Notes under the pieces: generated by a model
What the model was told of the DNA's origin: nothing
Seen by the model: the letters and a program-made list of their open reading frames with translations, nothing else
Database searches by the model: none
Origin: Anthoceros angustus
Lineage: Eukaryota > Plantae > Anthocerotophyta
Direction of reading: 5' to 3'
Assembly (NCBI GenBank): GCA_010909165.1
Contig: MU008242.1
Coordinates: forward strand, 1-25,209
Length of the DNA: 25,209 nt
Made by a program: the position numbers and the translations under genes
Shown: piece by piece, positions 10,850 through 23,320 of the stretch
How the letters are laid out: every line of letters begins with the position of its first letter
Numbering within the stretch: position 1 is the first letter of the stretch

Positions 10850-13800
10850 TGGGGCAGTGTTTAAACTTGGGCAAGGATTTGGTGTCTGTCTTGTTGCATT
10901 GGTACATCTTTTACCTTTACTATTCCCCTTTACGCACATCACGAATATAGTGATGTTGAATCTCTATGTGTTTCGTGCGTGCATGGAACACGGGGTTACA
11001 ACTAAAGCAATTCTTGACATATTATCACGATTAAGTATTGTTGGCCCTTCTGCGTCATACCGGATCCTCACATAGCTTCCTTTCCCATTCGGCCTCTTTG
11101 GTGGCTTGGTGAGCCTTGTACTCCGATTACATGAAAGTGATATGGCTGCTTGTTTTCTACAAGACCAATTAACAGATGGAGCCGGAGAAAGCAATATCTT
11201 TGAGATACTTTTAAGTGTCAGAAGCCCAATCTGCATCCACATAACATGTAGCGGGCGCTTCTTTCCGCTAGGTTTGTAGCATAGGCCATAATTTTGAGTA
11301 CCCTTGGTCGCATGATGCGTTTGAGAGCAACCCGGTGATCCCTCACGGATTCTCACGAGGCGAGCAACAACATTCACGGTGTTTGAGATGTCGGTCTTGT
11401 CGATTACTCAAGAACATGAGTGCCAACTCCCATGCGGTGGGGCAGTCTCCATCTCCTTCTTGTCCTCTTCGCGAGGCGGAAGCGGATAAGCTTAACACCG
11501 GCTGGTGTGGCTGCTCGTCGTTCTCCAAGTTGAAGCGTTTTAGCATACCTACATATCGTCCTTGATGAAGATAAATAGCTCCAGTGCTATCTCTATGTAC
11601 ATGCATTCCAAGAATATATTTAACTTTGCGAGATCCTTCATCTCGAATTCTTTGCTCAAATCGCTTTTATCTTGTTGACCGTTCAACATTATTACTGGAA
11701 TAACTAAGTCATCGACATATGGGGCAACAAGTACAAGTGAGCTATCACGAGTACATAGATGTTATGTCACTTCACTTTGGGCAACTTCTTGAGATAAGAA
11801 TCCATTCTCTCGTACCATAAGCGTGGGCTTTGCTTAAGTCCATATATTGGAGTAGTTTACACCTTGTGAGGGAATTTCTTATCTTCATAATCCTGGTTGA
11901 TCCATGTAGATCTCCTCTTTAAGGTGACCATAAAGAAAGGCCGTCAGACGTCAAGGTGATAAATTTCAAGTTAAGCTCGGCACATAAAGCTAGAAGCATT
12001 CTTACGGAGCGGCTTTGTGGGTGAGTAAACTTTATCGCCTTGGTAATCCACTCCCTCTTTCGACTATACCCCTTAGCCACCAATCTCGCCTTGTGGCGGA
12101 TCTGAGGCTCAACCTCACGGAACTTAGTTTTGAGAACCCACTTGCATTTAACAGTTGTCACCTTGGGCGGTGTGAGAATCCATGTGTTGTTTTTAAGTGA
12201 ATTATATTCATCATCAGCAAACTTCCACTTGCATCGGTCGTGAGTATGCCTCTTGCAGTGAGAGGATCTCCTCTCGAAGAGCGACACTAAAAGCATCAAA
12301 GTGAGTGGTAGTATAGCCGGATTGAACTCAAGTCAAAGGGTATTTCATTCCATAGGTGGCGTGGTTGTCCGGCAAGGGATACCTACGTCGAGCAGTCGAG
12401 GCTTGGTGGGGAATGTGGAATCGTGTCTCGATGCTTGAGTCTCAAGAACACCAAAGGAGTCATCCTCAATTTCCAATGGTTCATCCATGGGCAACCCTAT
12501 GGCTTGTTCATCTTCCCCTCTCGGCGGGAACTATGGGAATAGGACCGGCTTGAGGTGAAAAAGCCAAAGGCGGAGTAGGAAGCAGGCCGAAGCAGAACAC
12601 AGGTCGGGAAAAGTGAAGGGTTGAGTATGTAACTCAAAGTGAATGTCACCGAGGCCATCGAGGGCTAGGCGGAGGTAGAAGCGACATCGGGCGGGACCGA
12701 GAAGAAGCGGGTCAAGATGTGCAGGACTCATCAAAGGTGACGGTCGTGCATCGGAGTGTGGGTATTCAAGTCCACCAGGCATGCCTTGCGATCCTCGCCA
12801 TAGCCCACAAATACCAACTTACGAGCACGAGCTTGTCTCGAGGCGAGAAGGTATATGGGCATGGCGGGGCATCCAAAGATACGAAGATGAGAGATAAGGG
12901 TTTACTCCCATGCCGGCCTCATAAGGAGTCCGGTAGGACTTGAAAGCACACATTTACGATATAAGCGGGTGTTGGACGGCCCGGAAGGACTTAGGCAATT
13001 GGGATTGGCGAGCATAGCTCGCCATATTAAAAGATCACCATTGGCTTTTCACGAACTCCATTTCTTTGGAGGTATAGGGAACCGTAAATTGTGAAGGATC
13101 CCCTCTCTTGACAAAAGTCCTTAAGCGGTGATTGTTAAGTTCCCGCATTGTCGGATCTAATGCACGACTTACAACCGATTTGCTCGGCCATAGTAACAAA
13201 GGAGAAAATACACAAGGAGTCACTCTTCAAGCAGCGGGTAAGCAAAAGTATAACGGTGAAGTCATCCACAATCATAAAATGATTAGCCCAAGTGAAGGAG
13301 CAGTGGCCCACAAAGATCAATGTGGACAAGCTCCAAGGGGTGAGTAGCCCGGCGTGCGGAAGATCGGGATACGGAGGCTGCGTTGCTTAGCATAAATACA
13401 AGATTCACTGGCGGTGGCGTCTTTGTAAAAGTAGGCAGCCTATCCTAAACAAATCCTTGACATCTCTAAGAGCTTGGAATGATTAATGTGGCCAAGCCTA
13501 GAGTGCCGAGAAAAGCATCACCATGGCGTGAGCTCCTCCGTCGATGGCGAGCGGCGGCCCGGTGGAGCCGGCCAGCCAACATGGGCTTGCCGTTGAAGAC
13601 ATATAAATCATGGCGAGGATGGCCTCGAGCAATAACACGGCCGGATGAATAGACCGAGTGAGTAGACAATCACCACGGCCAAAGTCCGCAGATGCCATCC
13701 TTAACCAAGTGACGATTAAATTCTTGGCCATCGGGGACATGCGGCACATTAGTAGAAGGAAGAACCATCTTCCAATTCGAAAGTCGAGCCAATGCTCCGC

Positions 13801-14260
13801 TATTGAGAGGCGAGTCGCCGCCAAGGAGAACAAAGCGATGAAGAACATCACGCCAAATATGTAAACATGTGTTTGTGGTATGTGGCGAGGCTGCAGTCGA
13901 GCAGCCAAGAAGATTTATACTCGGATGCAACCAAACAAAGCTGTTAAAGCAATGTCGGTCTTGGAATTATGCCTTGCTTTAGTAACAACATGTTAGCGGT
14001 TTTGGTGTCCGCTTGGGCTCACCAGCCTTCTTCTTGACATTCTGCTCCCGGTGTCCTTGGGCTTTGCACCAATTACATGTCCCCTTCGTCAGGAGTTGAG
14101 GAAGGATGGAGAAGGCCCGGAGGTGGTACCGAGTGGAGGCCGGCGAATGGCATTTGGGTTCCTGCGCTTGTTGAATTGTTGTCCTTTGGTGACAAACATC
14201 ACCCTATCACCACCATGTTTGAGGTGCATTGAACCTAGAAGCCTCTTCTTGTAAAGAGCA
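10850..14260 (-). pseudogene. Copia A pol region (gag knuckle, protease, integrase, RT, RNase H); frameshifted as sequenced
   Basis: Knuckle 'TCNWCKAQGH' at ~14050-14080. Protease 'WLLD' at ~13900. 'RLGHIN' at ~13490. Integrase 'LELVHIDLCGP...IVDDFT' at ~13250-13340. RT 'EYNSLKNNTWIL..CKWVLKTK..RHKARLVAKGY' in ORF 11919..12299 and 'LLVAPYVDDLVI' at ~11700-11735. RNase H 'HARNT/KHIEIQHHYIRD' at ~10940-10985. Confidence 0.9.
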
Positions 14261-14264
14261 CCAG

Positions 14265-14867
14265 CTATCTCGGAGATAGAAATTGAAGGTGTCTTATTAG
14301 CACGCACTTGATGAGCTTCACGTCAGTGCCATTACGTGAAGAGACAAAGATTGAAAGTGGGAGGCTGGCTAGTAGGCACTTGAACTCTAATGGAGTCCCC
14401 AAAGCGACAAGTTGAGCACGCAGATACGAAACTTGCTCACATGAGTAGCAACAACTGTCGTGCATTCTTAAAGAATAAAATTCATTGCGAACCGTGACCA
14501 ATGTCATTACGTTGGTGGATTGGTAAATATCCGTGATCTGCCTCCAAGCTTCTGCTGAGGTGAGGGCACCATCGGTGTGATGGAGAGTGACTTCGTCTAG
14601 GCCAGAAATAAGCATGTGCATAGCCTGTCTGTCTTGCCTTGTCCATGAGTCGAGAGCGGGTGAAGGTCCAGGTGGTTTCGGGAGAGAGCCATCAACGATG
14701 GCAAGAAGATCTCGAGTATTTAGAGCAGTCTTCATCCGCTTAGACCAAACTTCAAACTTGGTGCCGTCAAAACGGTCTTTCTCCTTAAAATCCGTACTCA
14801 CATTCATAACATTAATGATTGGAGCGGGAGAAGGTGCGGTGTTGGTGGTAGGTGGAGGAGTAGCCAT
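14265..14867 (-). CDS. Copia-type Gag N-terminal region (UBN2/Retrotran_gag_2-like)
   Basis: 'RFDGTKFEVWSKRMKTALNTRDLLAIVDG...WTRQDRQAMHML...TSAEAWRQITDIY' is the typical copia Gag N-terminus. Confidence 0.92.
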   Translation of the reverse strand: MATPPPTTNTAPSPAPIINVMNVSTDFKEKDRFDGTKFEVWSKRMKTALNTRDLLAIVDGSLPKPPGPSPALDSWTRQDRQAMHMLISGLDEVTLHHTDGALTSAEAWRQITDIYQSTNVMTLVTVRNEFYSLRMHDSCCYSCEQVSYLRAQLVALGTPLEFKCLLASLPLSIFVSSRNGTDVKLIKCVLIRHLQFLSPR

Positions 14868-14962
14868 CTTGAAAACTTGTGATTATTATTGAGTGACTTT
14901 GTGTTATGGCCAAAACCAAGAATTCGCATCAATAAGCTTGTAAATGTAAATAGAGATGTCAC

Positions 14963-15370
14963 TCACAATCCGCACCACCACTCTCGCTCGGAGGGCCCAA
15001 AATCAAGTTCAGTGTTAATGTGATTCACAGAATCAAAAGTGGATTCGATTCGGCGAACCGTTTCAGCAACAGAAACCAAATTGGTGTTGATTTGTGTGAT
15101 TGAATGCCAGAGAGCTTGATACTGTTGGGTACGTTGCTCCTGTGCTGTAACTCTTGCTTGTGCCTCACCAAGTTTGTACTCCTTGTAGGCTGTCTCCAAA
15201 TTCTTGAAAACAGGAGTGAGTTCCTCCTGCTTGATCTCAGATGTCAAACCTGGAAGAGCATCAGCTTGTACAAAGACGTGTGGTGGGGGTGGCGCAGCAA
15301 GTAGTCTCTCGTGGAGAAAGCTCGGATCACCACAGGCGTGGTGTGGTGCGGTGGCGGAGGCTCGGCACAC
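14963..15370 (-). CDS. Extra ORF in the copia A 5' leader, Q/E-rich, predicted helical/coiled-coil; function unknown
   Basis: 135-codon open frame on the same strand as gag, ending ~95 nt before the gag ATG. Protein-like amphipathic segment 'ELTPVFKNLETAYKEYKLGEAQARVTAQEQRTQQYQALWHSITQINTNLVSVAETVRRIE'. Confidence 0.5.
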   Translation of the reverse strand: MCRASATAPHHACGDPSFLHERLLAAPPPPHVFVQADALPGLTSEIKQEELTPVFKNLETAYKEYKLGEAQARVTAQEQRTQQYQALWHSITQINTNLVSVAETVRRIESTFDSVNHINTELDFGPSEREWWCGL

Positions 15371-15490
15371 GAGGTTAGCTTGCAGGTGTTACTTCATAAA
15401 GCAAAGTGCTTGAACTGCAAGCGTGGCCGAAATTGAGCTTGGGGAGGCGTGGGGATCCTTTGTCGAGCAAGGGTCCGGAGTGAGGAGGCA

Positions 15491-15629
15491 CAACGGTGAG
15501 GAAAAGGTGCACCGTTGAGTCTAACGGCACACCGTTCATGTGGTGCCCTAAAGTAATTATTTTAGGGGCACCGTTTCATACAGGCCCTGCGTTTCATACC
15601 GGGGCCAACTTAAAATATTTTAAGTTGGC
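15491..15629. promoter_or_regulatory. Cluster of four hairpins/palindromes in the copia A leader
   Basis: CAACGGTG..CACCGTTG (15491-15517); AACGG-caca-CCGTT (15523-15536); near-palindrome at 15542-15572; perfect 26-bp palindrome GCCAACTTAAAATATTTTAAGTTGGC (15604-15629). Regulatory function is inferred. Confidence 0.6.
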
Positions 15630-16699
15630 ACAGGCAGTGCCCGAAGCCGTGAACCGGCCGTGGCGATTCCAGCGCCGTGGGAGGAAGGCGCGGGCGCCGC
15701 CGGGATCTGATCGGCGGGTGGTAGCGCGCTTCGGATCTCGCGGATCAGCGCTGGTGGGATCTGGCGCCACAGGATGGCGTCCCTCTGCCAGCTTGCCACA
15801 TTGTCCCCGCCTGGAAAATCCATCTGGTTGTCTCGGACAAATCCTTGGGATCCACGAATGGCTGCAATTTTGTGGCGGAGGAGGGCGCCCATTCTCAGTC
15901 GCTGGTTGACAAGTCTCCACAACATCAAGCGGTCGCTTCGCTAGAATTGGACCATGGTTGACGGCCTCCTTGCTGAAAATTGAGAATTGATGTTAAATTT
16001 GAGAGTTCATGGATCGCTACCGGATCGGGTGATCTTGTATGTAGGTCTCCAATCATGCTCTTGCAGCAGAATCATGCACATCGTAAGGAAGATCCAAGAT
16101 GATGAACACTTGGCGCCGATGATAATCCAAAACCTCGGCGGAATTCGATTTGTGACGTGAGCAGGTGCTGATCGTGCTTCCTCCTTGCCTCGGCATGGTT
16201 GCGTTGTTTGCGACCCATAGTTCTTGTGCTTGAAGATTAAAGGCTAAAAGCAAAAAGCAAAAGTAGGCGATTGCTTAGAAGAATGTAAGCAAAAATGATG
16301 CTATTCTTAAGCAAAATTAACCTATAAAAGGCCCAATGACTAGGCCTTATAGAATCACAAGAACTAGAAGGGTGGCTAGATTCCATAACCAATCAATTTA
16401 GAAAAATTGGTTTGGTTTGATGGAAATTGAACTAATGAAAATAATCAATAAAGTAGCTATGATAATTACTTTACTTAGAAAGTTCTAAGCTAATTATTTT
16501 CACTTAGCAATGGTATGATGGGCAACATGAGTTTCTACATGGTAGAAACTAGCGGATCATGATGCGAGATGATAGTCGCTATCGGAAATGCATATCAAAA
16601 TGCATTTTCATCAACTAAAATTGGGTATGAGGTTGCTAGCTTATCTTCCTAAGTTGATTAGGGAAGAAAATAGCAACAAAGCCATTGAAATATCACATG

Positions 16700-16710
16700 G
16701 CTCGATACCA
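16700..16710 (-). other. Primer-binding site (initiator tRNA-Met type)
   Basis: Minus strand TGGTATCGAGC immediately follows the 5' LTR. The canonical plant copia PBS is TGGTATCAGAGC, so one base is missing. Confidence 0.88.
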
Positions 16711-16932
16711 AGTTAGAGATGCATATGCGGGCGTCTTGCATCAAGTAGATGCTTTATTAACAATGAATATGTTTAGTTCATAGGTGGGCTTATAAAGGAT
16801 GGTTACGAGGGTGTGTCCTTTCACTAGCACACTAGTTAACTAACTACCAACTAGCTGAGTCTAGTTTGACTAATCCACATTAGTCCGGTCTAGTCGACCT
16901 TAACCAACGCATGATGCACACTATTTCTAACT
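16711..16932 (-). repeat. 5' LTR of copia element A
   Basis: Direct repeat of 10336-10554, with the same AGTTAGA...TCTAACT termini. Confidence 0.96.
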
Positions 16933-17850
16933 ATGATACGGATCGCACATCCTGTGAGCATACACGCAATGCAGCAGCTAAAGGTACAAATCCTTACGAG
17001 CTTTTATGCGCCCTGCGTTCCACATTCGAATGATTGTTTCAAGCCGTATAAGGACCCGGCGGTGACATACCAAGCGTGGATCAATGACGTATCAAGCCGA
17101 GTCATATAAATAGTCTCGTAAGGTCTCCATTTAAAAGCATCTTGACGTCCATTTGATGGACAAGTAGCTTGTGTTTTCTGACATAACATAGCGTAATTTG
17201 CATAGAAGTAGGTTTTACCCTTTGGATGAATGTTTCGTAATCCAGCCTTGGACTGCTGCGTATGACCGTGCAACTAACCTTGCCTTATAGCGAGCCAGGC
17301 CATCGGGGTTCAATTTTAATTTGAACACTCACTTCGATGTAATAGGCCTTCTATATCGGGCAAGGTAACAAGTTCCCATGTCTTGTTGTCAATTAAACTC
17401 TAATATTCGAGTCTATTGCTTTTGCCATTGACTTACATGGCATAGCGCCTCTTGATATGTTAATGGTGTGTCAAGAGGGTCAAGTGGATGAAGCCATAGC
17501 ATGGGCAAAAGCGTGAGACTAGCACGAGGTGGTGGATCTTCCGGAGGGGTTGTGCTACCTGGTGCTACGTGGTTACGAGCGAGGCTATCTCCGTGCGTGG
17601 GGATCAATCCACTCACGATCTAGAGCGTGTGAGCCGATCTCCCGAGAGGTAAGGGTTCCAACTATGGTTCAGGAGCTGGTACGTCTAAGGGGACAAGAGG
17701 TACATTCTACTCATCTAGGTCTAAAGCATTTGGTAAAACATCTGCAGGTGGAGGATCCTGATCTACTGGATCTAGCGGTTGACCGACACGAGGGGACAAA
17801 CTGCGATTGAGGGTGTGCAGGAGGGTTAGGTGCTGCTTGCAATTCATCGA
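16933..17850 (-). mobile_element. Ty1/copia element B, 5' remaining part (Pro-rich IN-RT linker and RT N-terminus)
   Basis: Minus strand: 'PLTYQEAL..QWQK', 'DNKTWELV', 'VFKLKLNPDG.ARYKARLVAR', 'LLVHQMDVK', 'LNGDL', 'SLYGLKQS'. It continues into 10335 once element A and one TSD are removed. Confidence 0.9.
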
Positions 17851-17852
17851 GG

Positions 17853-18148
17853 GTGTGTATGGATTGATCCCTAGTTCATGAAGTTCAGAGTTGCCGTAGA
17901 GTTGTGGATGTGGGCGGTTTGTGGTTCGTCGAAAAATCTCGATATGCCGGTGAGGGAAAGCGTGTTGGCGCATCCGTTCTGGCGCTCACCTAACTCACTC
18001 CTACAAGGGTAGCAAGAGCTCCATCCTCCTTCACTTCTCCTCCCTCGGCCCTCGTGAGCTCCCTCATCCCTCCCCTCCACCCCCTTGCTTTCTTTGCTCT
18101 CGCTCAAGGGCGTCTCGGATGGTGCAGTGAAATAACACCATAATACTA
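17853..18148. repeat. ~300-bp dispersed repeat (possibly an LTR), copy B, inverted relative to copy A and ending at the N
   Basis: Reverse-complement homolog of 5304-5612. Confidence 0.9.
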
Positions 18149-18149
18149 N
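18149..18149. other. Ambiguous base / probable assembly gap or contig join
   Basis: This is the only N in the window. Sequence character switches abruptly from plant repeat to bacterial-type CDS here. Confidence 0.85.
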
Positions 18150-18700
18150 GGGCTCGTTGAGTCGCAGGTCAGTCGTGACGACGGCCGGCAGCTTGAGCTT
18201 CAACGTCTCCAGACCGCCATCCACTTCACGTGTCACATCCACGTCACCGCCGTTGGGTACGACCTTGATGCGAACGTGCCTTGCGGCCATCCCAGGAGAG
18301 CCGCAAGCATCTGCCCTGTCTGGTTGTTGTCGTCATCGATAGCCTGCTTGCCGAGAATGACGAGGTCGGGCTTTTCAGTGTCGACGATGCCTTTGAGGAT
18401 CTTTGCAACCGCAAGCGGTTCGACGGTCGCCTCGCCTGTTTCGACCTGGATGCCGCGATCGGCTCCGATCGCGAGCGCAGTGCGAATGGTGTCTTGAGCC
18501 TTGGCGGGGCCGATCGACACGACGACGATCTCCTTGGCGCCACTTTTCTCTTTCAGTCGGACCGCTTCTTCGACGGCAATTTCGTCGAAGGGGTTCATCG
18601 ACATTTTGACTGTGCCCAGCTCGATGCCGGATCCGTCGGCCTTAACGCGAATTTTGACGGCGTAGTCTACGACGCGTTTCACCGCGACCAGAATTTTCAT
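18150..18700 (-). CDS. etfB: Electron transfer flavoprotein beta subunit, alphaproteobacterial type; 3'-truncated at the N, one frameshift near 18265
   Basis: [25 protein letters not shown]...[15 protein letters not shown]...[29 protein letters not shown](K)...[26 protein letters not shown]. Intronless, with GC/CpG-rich codons and an SD-like GGGGAG ~10 nt upstream of the ATG. Confidence 0.93.
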
Positions 18701-18858
18701 GCGCTTTCTGCTCCCCGGCAGATCTTCTTGTTATTTCGCCAGCAGTATCTGGCGTCTCCTACGAGTTGTGCAGCGCAGTTGAGCCACTGGGTCAACTGCA
18801 CCAATCCGCACGGGCCTGCCCTTGTTGAAGGCGTTCGCAACTGCGAAATGGGAATTTA

Positions 18859-19268
18859 CCAAGAACTTCCTCCATATTACAGGTTCTTCTTTCGATTCAG
18901 GCATTGGTGCTGAACGAGAAGCCATATTTCAATGAGGCTGGCTATGATAGGCAGGTGGGTACAGCGGAAGGAGAAGAATTCTCTCATCTACAATGAGAAC
19001 GCTTTTCTGTTGTGCTGTAAAACCATGCTCTATCAGCTACGTCGACCACCTCAGCATTTTGAGAAGCTTGTGAAGGAGCACTACAGGGCACAGGGACCTC
19101 ACATTATTGAAGCATGCAATGCTTATCTGGCTGGGGCTCGTGTAGGTTCTCTCCCGGCGATCCGTTCCAATAGAGGTGTTACCGAGGAAAGCTCCGCCAT
19201 TCAAGCTAATGCTGGCGAAGATTCTGCCAAAGCTTCAACAGGCATTTACCCAGGTGGATGATTTGTGA
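18859..19268 (+). CDS. 3' part of a ubiquitin-conjugating enzyme of the UBC23/UBC24(PHO2) (UBE2O-like) family; frameshifted, 5' part absent
   Basis: Across frameshifts it reads 'PRTSSILQVLLSIQALVLNEKPYFNEAGYDRQVGTAEGE(K)NSLIYNENAFLLCCKTMLYQLRRPPQHFEKLVKEHY...ACNAYLAGARVGSL...FKLMLAKILPKLQQAF', matching plant UBC23/PHO2 C-termini. The true stop is uncertain. Confidence 0.88.
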
Positions 19269-19777
19269 GGAGTCTCTCGCTGCGACTTTTGAGAAGAGTC
19301 AGGCTTAGGAGGAAACGATCCTCGTCACCAACAGATTTTGGTTTGTCCAATGCCGTGAGGTTGCTCCTCACGGTTCGGGAAAAAAGCGCAAACTCGGAAC
19401 CCTGAAATTTTTCTTCAACGTCGTTGATCTTAATTGTGATCACAGTTGCACTGCCAATCATATTAACGAACGACAACCAATCCCAAATCCAGATATTCCA
19501 CAACGTCATTTGACAATGTAACCGAAATATAGAAATGTTCTTGCCGAGAACTGAAAGTAGGACCATCCTGTCCCAGAGCTACACCTATCTGTCCAACTTG
19601 ACAGTTGCAAGATTTGGAATAGACACACAAAGTCCTACATTAGGACGCACCTGCCTAATCATCAACCGACTTGCCAGCTACACTCCATAAAACTATTTCA
19701 AACCCAAGCAACTAGCAGTTGAAGTCAAAATTGGACCTGAGCTACAGGACAGCCCAAGTAAAGTGTGCCATCAAAGC

Positions 19778-22521
<2,744 letters not shown>

Positions 22522-22662
22522 CTTGAAATGCTGGTAAGATCCGGCCGACGGCGCACCAAACACCACGAGCGTCGCCCGGTGAGCTCAGGCAGCAGCAGCA
22601 GCTGCGCAAGGGAAAAGGAGTACACCCACTAAGCGTTCCCTACTTTTAGGGATCCTTGCCTA

Positions 22663-22671
22663 TTAGGGTTT
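22663..22671 (-). promoter_or_regulatory. Telo-box (AAACCCTAA) upstream of eEF2
   Basis: Exact motif ~140 nt upstream of the ATG. Telo-boxes are established elements of plant translation-machinery gene promoters. Confidence 0.7.
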
Positions 22672-22736
22672 GGAAGGCAATTTCGAGAACTCCGAAAATA
22701 AGCAATAGGTAAAATCATGCATGTACTTTTAATTCA

Positions 22737-23320
22737 CGTCTTGCCTTGCTCCAGCCTGTGGCTTCTTTGCTCCTTACTTACGAGTGCGGCTTTGCCCTCG
22801 ATGATTCTGCGGTACACCTTGGTCGTTATCCCTACCGGAGTCATCACATTGCCACTCACGACGCCATCCGTGATGTCATGTTCGCCATCACTCGCGAAAG
22901 CGATTACATGGCTTGAAGGGAGCGGGTGTATACTCTCCGTACATGTCGTTCAATCAGGGCTGACCTGTACCTTGTCCGTGGCGACCATATTTCAGTGGCA
23001 GATGTGGTGGTTACCGATCCTACACGAGACACCATCTCCGCTCAAGTTATCACTAACCGTCCAGGTTGGGCTGATGTCGGAGCAGCGGCTCTCAAGGTCC
23101 GCAAATATAGCATGATGCAAGCGGGCCACCTCTTTATTCCGCTTGCACTAGAAACATCAATGGCTGAGGACTTTGACAAATTTGTCAAGTCTCGCACTAA
23201 AGCTTACCATGCGCTGTAGACACGGCACATGTCCCTCGTGCTTCACAAAGATACTTCCGACTAACGGGTTTCAATTGCTCTTCAACGGCGCTCTCAACAA
23301 TGATCTTCCACAAGGCGGCA
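22737..23320 (+). mobile_element. 3' remnant of a CRE-clade (restriction-like endonuclease) non-LTR retrotransposon
   Basis: One frame gives a degenerate CCHC and RHD-like motif 'YECGFALDDSAVHLGRYP....IATHDAIRD', then after one stop the RLE 'RADL...VADVVVTDP...AAALKVRKY...HLFIPLALET'. Downstream is 'VSIALQR'. Confidence 0.85.

Larger units (their letters stand above)
10336..16932 (-). mobile_element. Ty1/copia element A, structurally complete, with 5-bp TSD ATGAT
   Basis: Paired LTRs at 10336-10554 and 16711-16932. ATGAT at 10331-10335 and 16933-16937. PBS at 16700-16710 and PPT at 10555-10563. Domain order on the minus strand is gag-PR-IN-RT-RH. Confidence 0.96.

Noticed and set aside
5304-18148. 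DIRS-like element or one giant TIR transposon defined by the inverted repeats
   Set aside because: No tyrosine recombinase or transposase was seen, the RT motifs are ordinary gypsy/copia, and the right end is cut by the N so no TSD can be tested.
17871-18290. ORF appearing to fuse the EtfB C-terminal part to novel sequence
   Set aside because: It reads through the N into a plant repeat, so it is an artefact of the join.
18281-18913. 210-aa plus-strand ORF
   Set aside because: Antisense shadow of the GC-rich etfB; no recognisable motifs.
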